64,000 nt of DNA, taken from the human T2T-CHM13v2.0 reference genome, Homo sapiens. The notes beneath the pieces were generated by a model. That model worked only from the letters and a program-made list of their open reading frames with translations. It ran no database searches and was not told where the DNA came from. Location of the stretch: assembly GCF_009914755.1 (NCBI RefSeq), contig NC_060932.1; one strand, 5' to 3'. Both the position numbers and the translations under genes were made by a program. Each line of letters begins with the position of its first letter. Within the stretch, counting starts at the first letter, position 1. This document shows positions 1 to 50,000 of this stretch, piece by piece.

Positions 1-535
1 GACACAGGCGCAGGTGCAGGTGCAGGTACAGGTACATCCAGGTACAGGTGTGGGTGCAGACCCAGGTAGGTAGGTATAGATATGGGTGTGAGTGCAGGCT
101 TAGGTGTGGATGCAGGTAATTATAGGTATGGGTGTTGGTGCTGGCACAGGTGTGGAGGAAGGTAGGTTCAGGTACAGGTGTGGGAGCAGGCATAGGTGTG
201 GATGTGGGTGCAGGTAGGTACAGATGCAGGTATGGATGCAGGCACAGGTGCAAGTGTGGGTGCAGGCATAGGTGTGGGTATAGGTGTGGGCGTTGGCACA
301 GGTATGTGGGTACAGGCCCAGGCCCAGGTATGTGGGTACAGGCCCAGGTATGGATACAGGTAGGTACAGGTGTGGGTACAGGTGCAGGCCCAGATGTGGG
401 TGCAGGTAGATCCAGGTACAGATGTGGAGGTAGGTCCAGGTACAGGTGTGGATTCAGGTGCAGGCCCAGGTATGGGTGCAGGTACAGGTGTCAGTGTAAC
501 TGCAGTTGTGGGCACATGTGTGGATGTGGGTGGGA
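1..535. repeat. Degenerate CAGGT(A/G)/GGTACA/GGTGTG low-complexity tandem repeat
   Basis: Approximately 6/12-bp periodic units. Confidence 0.85.
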
Positions 536-621
536 GGAAGACTGAGGTTCCTCTCTGCTGGCTGGACTGGCATGGCAGTCTCTGCGTCCCCTTCCTGATC
601 TCCCATTTGTTCTCTGGGCAG

Positions 622-40510
<39,889 letters not shown>

Positions 40511-40676
40511 GGCTCCGGCCAGCACCCCCAGCGAGGAGTATGCACCCAGACCTGTGCCTGAGCTCCAAGACAGGGCCTCCTGAGGACCACAGCCTGGGCA
40601 CACGACTGGAGGGGCCTGGCCCCAGAACAGGCACTGCTGGGGACCAAACCCAAGCCCTTCAGTGAGGGATGTGCCC

Positions 40677-40682
40677 AATAAA
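40677..40682 (+). terminator. MROH1 polyadenylation signal AATAAA
   Basis: Canonical hexamer about 170 nt after the stop codon. Confidence 0.8.
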
Positions 40683-40829
40683 CTCATCTGCTCCCAGCGA
40701 GTGACTGACAGGGTGCGATGCTGAGCCTCTTAGGGGATGGGCCAGAGGGTGCCCTGGACTGGCTGTGTTGTCCCCACTGTTTTTGCAAAATTGAGTGAGG
40801 GGAAGGCTCGGCGCTGTGGTGGGGGCGGC

Positions 40830-40835
40830 TTTGTT
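40830..40835 (-). terminator. Probable BOP1 non-canonical polyA signal AACAAA
   Basis: No AATAAA/ATTAAA on the - strand between the BOP1 stop and the MROH1 end; AACAAA lies about 100 nt after the TAG. Confidence 0.45.
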
Positions 40836-40933
40836 GGCAACCCCAATTCAAGAAGGTGGGAGCACCAGGCAGCACAGGGTAAAGGCTCTGTTGACTTCAG
40901 CACGACCACCCCAGCCCCAGGCAGGCAGAACAG

Positions 40934-41087
40934 CTAGGTGAAGAGGCGGACAGTCCCGTCTGCCCCCGAGGAGAAGACCCACGGCTGGGTGGGGTGGAAG
41001 ATGACGTCCAGCACTCCCAGATCTCGGGTCAGCACGTGTCCCTTCAGCACCTTGACGGGCACCAGCAAGGGGTTCTGCAGAAGGTCA
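40934..41087 (-). CDS. BOP1: BOP1 exon 16 ([17 protein letters not shown]...VRLFT*)
   Basis: ccacag|TGAC; TAG at 40936-40934. Confidence 0.93.
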
Positions 41088-44000
41088 CTGTGGGGACGAG
41101 GAGGGCTCAGGGCACGGCCAGACACCACTGCCCTGGGGAGGGGGCCAGGCAGGGTCAGCACTCACTTGTACACCATGCCATGGCAGACGATGACACTGCC
41201 GTCGTCCGAGCCTGACGCAAAGAGTGGGTACCGCGGGTGGAAGGCCACAGCCCGCAGAGCCTTCTTGTGGTGTCTGGGGGGAGGGAACCAGGTTGAAGGC
41301 AGGCTCGGGCTGAAGGGAGGGGCTCTGCTGGCCGCCTCCACCCCCAGCTTTCCTCACCTCAGCATCCTGTATGGCTTGGTGGAAAGATCCAGGTCAAACC
41401 ACACCAGCTTGCTATCGTAGCTCCCACAGATGACGTTGTCACCTAGGGCCAAAGGCTGTGATGCAGGTGTTCCCGCTCTCACCTGCAGGGTGCACTGCCC
41501 TGCCCGTCACCTACACCCCTCACCTGCAGGGTGCACTGCCCCTACCCCCACCCCTCACCTGCAGGGTACACCGCCCCCCCCCACCCCTCACCTGCAGGGT
41601 ACACCGCCCCCCCCCCCACCCCTCACCTGCAGGGTGCACCGCCCCCACCCCTCACCTGCAGGGTGCACCGCCAGGCTGGACACCCACTTGCAGTTGGGCA
41701 TCAGCTTCTTGGTGAGCTCCTGGCGCAGCAGGTGGTAGAGGCGGACGCTGCGCTGGGACGCCACCAACAGGAAGGGCCGGGCAGGGTGGAAGGCCACTCG
41801 CTGCACCTGTCCGTGGCTGCGGCGGAACGGACTCTGGCTGCGGCGACGGCTCAGCTGGTGAATCAGCACCTGGGTGTGGCCTTGGGTGGCCAGCACCACG
41901 GCCAGGTAGTCCCCACGCCCGTGCCAGGTCACCTGCGTCACTGGCTGCAGGAGAGCAAGGCTGGCTGAGTGGCTGAGCCGGGCCCCTCCCGCTGCAGCCT
42001 CACCCCCAAGGCGCCCCACGTACCTTCCCGTGGCAGATGCGCAGCCGCAGGCCCACTTGGCGCTCCTCCTCTGAGGCCTCCAGCCAGCGGGCCGGCTGCA
42101 AGGGGGGCTCCTCAGGCGGGACGAAGGCGCTCAACAGCTGATCTGTGCTGCCCGCCACCAGCCGGTCCCCCAGAGCTGGGTTCAGCAGCAGCACCGAGTC
42201 CTCCCTGTGAGCCAGGCCCAGACACGGCCCCTAAGCACAGTGCCACCCCTGGCTCCCCAGCCCCCAGGGCCTCCACTTACACGGCTGCAGCCACCAGGCA
42301 GACAGCGGGGCTGGGGTTCCAGGCCACACTCTTCACCACGCCCCCCACGGGAACAGTCCTCACACAGCGGGCAGTGGCCACCTCCCAGAGCCGCAGGGAG
42401 CCGTCGTCAGAGCCTGGATGCGGCAGAGACAGCTCTCAACACCTGGCCATCCCACCTGCCCCCCAGCTCAAGGCTGCCCCCAGCTCGGACCCACCTGAAA
42501 CCAGCCACTGGCCCCCAGGAGAGACACTGAGGCACCGGACAAGGTCACTGTGGCCCCTGTAGACCTGAGGAGGCGGCGGCAGTGAGGAGTCAGACTGGGA
42601 GGGTGCAACCCCAGCCCCCTAGTCTCCACTTACCAGGGCCTGGCACGTGGGGAAGGGCTGCAGGTCCCTCGGCCGAGGCAGCTTGGGGATGAGGTCCTCA
42701 GGGTCTACATTCACCTGGGGCAGGAGAGCGCCAGGTCAGCCTTGCCCCCTGTGCCACCCCCCTGGTGTGCCACCCCCACACACCCTCATCTTGCGCTGCC
42801 GTGGGCACAGGTACAGGTCAAGGCAGCGCTCGAAGCGTTCCTGGATGAAGCGTCCGTAGGCAGGCACGGCCCGCAGGCTCGGGAACTTGCGTGGCAAAAA
42901 GCTCAGCTTCCTCTCGCCTGGCTCCTGCTGTTCCCACGCCAAGCGCTGTGGAGACCAAGACACAGGGGTGGGGAGGGTCACAGGGAAGCATGGGGACAGG
43001 GTCCCGGCCCCCAGGATGCAGGCCCACCTCCTCCTCGCTGAGCAGGTATTCAGGGGGTGGGTTGTACGACTCGGCGTGGCCTGGCAGGGCCAGCTTGGGA
43101 GCAGGTACGTGCATCTTGTGGCGCCCGAGCACGGCGTTGGGGTCCTCCTGGGCCCACAGGTCATAGAAGCTGGGGGTGGGGTCTCGGGGCCGGCGAGGCT
43201 GGATCCAGCCCATCTTGATGGCGTGCACCATGCGAGAGACCTGCATAGACAGCCGGGTCAGGACGGGCAGTGCGGGGCGGTCAGCCCAGGCCAAGCCCCA
43301 GGGGCTGTGTGCCCCACCTTCTCCTTCTCCACCAGGGAGGGGATGAAGCTGCGCTTGTCGGCCGGGCGGTTGGTCACCGGGTGGATCATGACGTCCCCGC
43401 TGAAGAAGTCGACAGCCGGCTGGGGGAGAAGATGTGGGCGTGTGGGCCAGAGTGGCTGAGGCCCTGCTGGTGCCTCCAGGACCCCCGCCGCCCAGGGGCC
43501 AGCCCCTGCCACCTACCTCATAGGGGTTGAAGCCCACATCCCCAAACTGGCCACTCTGCAGCCGCCGCACCAGGGCCACCTGCTCATCCGTCAGTCTCAG
43601 GTCCCGCCCTGTCATCGGGTCCTGCACGGTGCGCCTGGAGACCGCCAGTCAGACCCCGCCAGCCCTGCCCCACCCCTCGGGCCCACCCCGGCTGCTGGCC
43701 CCACCCCACCAGCCCTCACCAGTAGTCAGGATCGTCCATCTTGTCCAGGAACTGGTCCAGCTCATCCCGGGTCCGCAGGGGCTTGTAGATGCGCCTGCCA
43801 TCCAGGTCGTAGCCCACGTGGGGGAAGTCATCGTACCACTCCAAGGGCACGTTGCCCACCGTGTTCCGGATGTCCTGCAGCCGGGGGCCACCATGTCGGC
43901 ATCTGATCCTACAAGGCCCACCCCCGCTTCGGGCCGCCCAGGGGAGCAGGTGAGGGGGTTGCAGGGGGAGTGCAGGCCCAGCCTCAAGTGCCCTGAGGTC

Positions 44001-47000
44001 ACTGGCCCTGACCTACGCCTGTTCCCCAGCCCTGGGGTCTGACGTGGCATGGCGGCCACGCTGCCCCCACCCCCGCCCTCGGAGGCGCCGGAGCTGCACC
44101 TTCACATTTTCCACTGAAGTGGTGCCAACCCCAGAGCTCCCCCCTCACTGGATTCCTTGGCCAGGGCTCTGGGCAGCCACAGACAGGGATGACCTCATCA
44201 CCCACGGGCTCCCTCCCCTGGCAGGGGCCTTAGGCAGAAGTGGGCAGCTATAAGACGGGGACTCGGGGAAGACCCCAACTGACCCATTCCACAGAGAGGC
44301 AGAAGCCAAGACCTCTCTGTGGGGGACCCCCCACCGTCTGCCCTCGGCCCCTCCCCAGGCAGAACAGCCACGTTCCTGGACGTACATTCCTGGTTGCAGC
44401 CCCTGCCAGCCGCCACCCTCGCTCCTTCCAGCCTGGGGACCGCTGCCCAGGAGGCTGCTTCCTGCAACAGTAGCCACGGGGAGGGGCCCAGGCAAGACAG
44501 AGCACAGCTGGGAGCCTGCCGGGCCCCCTGCTGCAGGAGGGACCCCTTGGGCCCTGCCCCCTGCTGAGGGTCCTTCCCTCTCCTCCCCATGGAGATAGGG
44601 GGCCATCCCCAAATTGGATAATGGGGGTATGTGTGTGCTTCCTGAGGGGCCTGGTGGCCCTGGAGAGGAACGGGGGAAGGAGGAAGGGGCAAGGAGACCG
44701 ACGGGGTGAGAGGTCCACACAGCACAAGAACAGGGGACATGGCCAGCTAGCAGAAGGCACAGTCTGTGCCAAGCCTGGAGAGGCAGGTGCAGGACAGACA
44801 GGCGGAGAGACTGAGCTCTAGGCCCCTAAATACTCGCCTGTGCCCGCCCCCTGCACACGGCCTGGCACAGGCAGGCGCTGGCGCACATGGGAGGCAAAGA
44901 CAGACAGGGTGCGGTCAGGCAGCAGGGCCAGGGCGGCTGGGTTAACTCAGTTGTGCCACGGGAGAAAACGGGGTGGTGGGTTCCTCCCCTCTCCCGGGGA
45001 CGGGGGGCACTGCAGTTTTGGGGCCCTGAGTAACTACAGCCCAGAAGCGACCTCCCAGTTCCTCCGCATCCCCAGAGACGGAACGATGCCCCCAAAGACC
45101 AGCCCCGCCCCCCCCACCCCCGCCAAAGCGTGGCCACAGAAGGCCGAGGGACGCGGCGGGCGCTGCTCGAGGAGCCTCCGGGCTGAGAGGGGCGGGGCGT
45201 GCGCGGGGGAGGGGCCGGGACGCCGCTATAAAGGCGCAGCTCGGGGCCCCGCTCCGGCCCGGGACGCACATGTGCGCGCGACGCCCGGCAGCTGCCACCG
45301 CGGGGCGCAGCCGAGACCCCGCGCCTCGCCCCGGCCGGCCCGCGAGGCCCGCGGCGGCCGCAGGAGGCGGCATGAGCAGCGCGCGACAGAGCTGACGCCG
45401 CGCCCCCGCCGGCCCCATGTCCTTCGCCACGCTGCGCCCGGCGCCGCCGGGCCGCTACCTGTACCCCGAGGTGAGCCCGCTGTCGGAGGACGAGGACCGC
45501 GGCAGCGACAGCTCGGGCTCCGACGAGAAACCCTGTCGCGTGCACGCGGCGCGCTGCGGCCTCCAGGGCGCCCGGCGGAGGGCGGGGGGCCGGCGGGCCG
45601 GGGGCGGGGGGCCAGGGGGCCGGCCAGGCCGTGAGCCCCGGCAGCGGCACACGGCGAACGCGCGCGAGCGAGACCGCACCAACAGCGTGAACACGGCCTT
45701 CACGGCGCTGCGCACGCTGATCCCCACCGAGCCCGCCGACCGCAAGCTCTCCAAGATTGAGACGCTGCGCCTGGCCTCCAGCTACATCTCGCACCTGGGC
45801 AACGTGCTGCTGGCGGGCGAGGCCTGCGGCGACGGACAGCCCTGCCACTCCGGGCCCGCCTTCTTCCACGCGGCGCGCGCCGGCAGCCCCCCGCCGCCGC
45901 CCCCGCCGCCTCCCGCCCGCGACGGCGAGAACACCCAGCCCAAACAGATCTGCACCTTCTGCCTCAGCAACCAGAGAAAGTTGGTGAGCACGGGCCGTGG
46001 GGCGCCGAGGGGGGCCTCCAACGCGCCCCTCAGCCCACACCTGCCAGGCAGAGGAGGCGAGGCCACACGGGCAGGGCTCCCCAACAGGGCACAGGCAGGC
46101 ACACCTGTAACACAGGCCTGCCGGGGGCTGGGGCCTTCTCCTGGGGCTCCTCTCGAGGGCGTCCCTAGGACACTCGGCTCCCAGTGGAGTGTGGAGTCCC
46201 CTGCAGGGAGCTGCATGAGGGGTAAGAGCTAGGGATGGCCAAAGGGGCCCACCCAGGGCGGGGAGGCTGGGGAGCTGGACCAGGCCGCTGCAAGCTTCCC
46301 TTTTCAGTAAGTTGAAAGGCGGAGTGAAAACAGCTGAGTTCAGAAAGTAAGAGGCTGCAAGGCAAGAGAGGAAGGACCCCGGGTTCTTAGCCCCTGCGGC
46401 CCAGCACTGGCTTAAGCCATCTTGGGCACCTGCTGTCCGTCCCCCACCTAGGCCGCACACCAAGACACCAGGTCCTGTAGGGCTGCCCGAGACGTGGGCC
46501 ATGGGACACGAAGGCAGAGGCTGGCAGGAGATGTGGGGGCTGGGGGTGAGGGCCCCTGCAGGAGACGCTGGCCAGCTGTGATTTACAGCTCCTGCTGTGC
46601 TTGGTGGCACCGGAAAAGCAGGGTGAGCAGGGAGAAAATACGGCACGGCTTTTCCCAATCCCCATTTCCTCTCCAGACAGCACGCGCGAGCTCCTGGGGC
46701 CTGAACATCTGGGAAATTTAATTTTACAATTTCGGCTGTGCAGCAGTATGCTCCCCTCCCCAAAACGCTTGAGGGAAGCTGGGGAGAGCCGGGAAGGAGG
46801 TGCCTTGGCGCTGGCCACCTGAGATGGCACCCAGCAGGGAGGCCAGAGAGGCGCAGACTGGCGCTGGGCTCTGCCGGGGCCTGACACTCCTCCCTCCCCT
46901 CTGCAGAGCAAGGACCGCGACAGAAAGACAGCGATTCGCAGTTAGGAGGTGGCCGGCAGCAGCCAGGAGGCAGACGCTGCTGGGGGAGGTGGACGCCCGG

Positions 47001-50000
47001 GGTGACTGCAGACAGCCCCCACCTTGGACCTGAGCTGGGCAAGGCCCACCGCAAGCATGCCCCCAGGCCAGCCCTGGCTGCGAGCGGGGCCGAGGGACAG
47101 ACGGACGTACAGACAGGCGCCGGCAGCGGGACTCTGCGCTGGCCCCAGCACCTGCCCGGGCCCACTGGAACTTTCTGCGCTGGCTTTTCTTCCGGCCACT
47201 GTGTGATGGCATCTTGTGTTTTTGATATGATAATATAAAGTCTGAAAATTTTGTATAATTAAAAACAAAACAGTATCTTCCAAATATGGAGGCCAACTGT
47301 CCTCATGAAAGGTTCAGAATCCACCCCCAGCCCCCAGCCTGAGCCTCCATTCCCACCCTTGGTGGTCCCATCCTCCTTGGGCCAAGTACCCCGGCTCCCT
47401 GGGAAGCCCCCACTTTCCAGGCTCAGGGCCACCCCTCCCTGGGCTGAGGCGGTGAGGATGGGCTTAGCTCACCCACAGAGCCTCATATCGGGAAGCTGTG
47501 GGGTGGGGACAAGGGAGCCACGCCGGGAGAGAGGGTGGGGGAGGAGCTGCGTGGCAGAAGATGGGGAGGGCGAGGCACAAGGCAGGGACGCTGTAAGGCA
47601 GGGACAGGGAGGCAGCGGCAGGGACAGAGGCAGCAGCAGGGCAAGGGTGCCCCCGACTCGGGCCTGTCGGGCACCCGGGGGCCCTGAGGGTGAGGAGGGC
47701 GCTGCAGGTGGCCACAAGGAGTGGAGCGAGCTGTGCTGCCCAGCGGAGGGGGGGCTCCCAGCCCCAGCGAGGGCAGTGGGTGTCCTGCCTCCACGAGCCT
47801 TGACTGGAGAGAGGGGCATCTCCTCATGCACCAGTGCCACTTGGCCCCTGGAAGCACTGCCCACGTGGGAAGGAGGACCCCTGGCCATCCTCCTCCCACC
47901 ACCACGGCCCATCCAGCCCCCTGAAGACCCCGCCCACCACAGGAGGTGGGTTTAGCCCCCACAGTGCTCTGTGCACAGCTGGCTGGCCATTAAAACCCTG
48001 CAGGTGACAATTACCATTGAGTGGTGTGAGATCAGTGGGCACAGAGAGAAGAAGGGCGGTGCTGTGTGGACCACCTCCCCCCAACCCTGCCAGGCCACAG
48101 CCTAACTTCCGGCTGGGTGGACAATGGCTGATGGTGCCAGGTGCGGGCGTCAGGGCGGCGGCCGGCCCCAGTTCCCCGCTAGCACAGGCAGGGACGCACC
48201 CTCGGGGGGAGACCAGGTGCTGTGGCCCACGTGGGCATCGGTGCAGGGCTGGCCCAGGACTGCCCCTCCTCTGCAAAGACAGGCTCCAGGGAATGGCGGA
48301 GCAGGAAGCAGTGGTGTAATTTTGGAGGAAATTCTCAAAGCCAGAGCCATTAAGGGCTAGAGGGGGGCTGAGTCCAATCTGATAGAAATATAACAGGATA
48401 AAAAGTCACAACGGCAGGTTTCGTTCAGAGAGAAACCCAACCCCAAATTTCCTCTCCCTAATCCTGCAGGAGCCCACAGCTGGCCAGAGGGAGGGGAGGA
48501 GAGGACAAGCTCAGTCACTGCAGAAGCCTCCGCCCGCCGGGAAGCCAGGGCCCGGGGGACACGGACATGCAGCTAGGGGCTGACGCAGCCCCTTCCCTTC
48601 TTGGGAGCTTTCCTCACACCCCCGCCCCGCCACCCTCCCAGGCACCAAGGCGCTGGTGAGTGAGGAGCAGGGTGGACCCAGGAGCATGGCCAGGCCGGGC
48701 ACTCTGCATAGCACCCTAAGGCCCACGGCGCCCACGCCAGCCCTCCCTCCACTGGGCACTGGGTGTAGTTCTGTAGGGAGGGTCCATAGCCCACCTACCC
48801 CTCACCTCCAGGCCTCCCATTTCCAGACCTGGGCCTAGTGGGGGTTGCAAACCTCCACATGAACCCCCAACCTCAGTGGCCGGTCAACGTTGGGGACAAA
48901 TGGGATGGAAGATAGTGAAAGTCTCCAGGGCAGGGACATCAGGGGCTGCTGGCCTGAGCGGGCAGGTGCGGGGCGTCGGCGGCCGGCACCAAGGACAGGG
49001 CAGAGCCAGCTCAGAGCGGGAATGCAGGAGGCCAGACAGGAGCAGGTGGGAAGGTGCGGGCCAGCATGGGGAGGTCTGGGCAGGGTCAAGAGGGAGTGCA
49101 GGGGAAAGAGATGTCAGAGCCCCCGTGGACTGGGGTCAGAGTTTGGGGTGTCTAACGAGGCTAGAAGAAAGTGAACAGGGAACAACGACCTGGAGGCCTC
49201 GGAGCTGAAAGGATCCCCAGGGCCCTGCTGGTTGGGGTGCAGCACTCACAGCCAAGCCCTCCGCTGCGGGCCTGACTCCGACCGCGGCTGCAGCTTGGCC
49301 AGCCTCAGGCCTGGGCAGCCAGCCCAGCCGCTCCCTGAGCTGCACCGGTAGCAGCGGCCGAGGGCCCGGCCCGCCAGCCAGCAAGAGGGGAGGGGCGGGG
49401 GAGGAACACTCCGTCACCCTCCACTGCTCCAGAAATTCAAACCAGACCGGGGGTGGCGTGGGCTGACCCCCAGGCCTGCGGCAGCCCACCCGAATCCACT
49501 CGTAGCTCACAGCCGCCGGGCAGACGAGTGGCAGGTGCTCCCTGCCCACCACAGCCCCTGGCTCCCTTCCCAGAGTGCTGGCCTCACCTCCACAGAGACC
49601 CAGGGCTCCCTCCGCCTGTGCCCCACAGAGGCAGCTGGGACGGAAGGGGCCCCAGCCTGCACCTTGGGCCAGCAGCCGCCCCTGCGAGCCGAGCTGGGCT
49701 GGAAACGCTCTGCTGGGCCTCAGCTGTCAGCTCCTGTCCCCGGCCTGGGGAACGAGCTGCTGGCGGGACACATGATTCATCACGGTCGCCTGCGCCCACC
49801 ACCCGCCCCGCCCAGCGCAGCACCTGCGGGCTGCCAGGAAACACATGTGACCCCTCCGGGTCAGGCCCCGCACGGAGAGCCCCGGCCGGCCGGCCGGGGG
49901 CACACACAGACCCAGCATCAGGGCTCTCCTGGGGGCCGCCCAGCCCCAAGGACAGGCCCCCAGCCCAGACTGCACCGGACACAGGCCGCAACCGGCTGAT

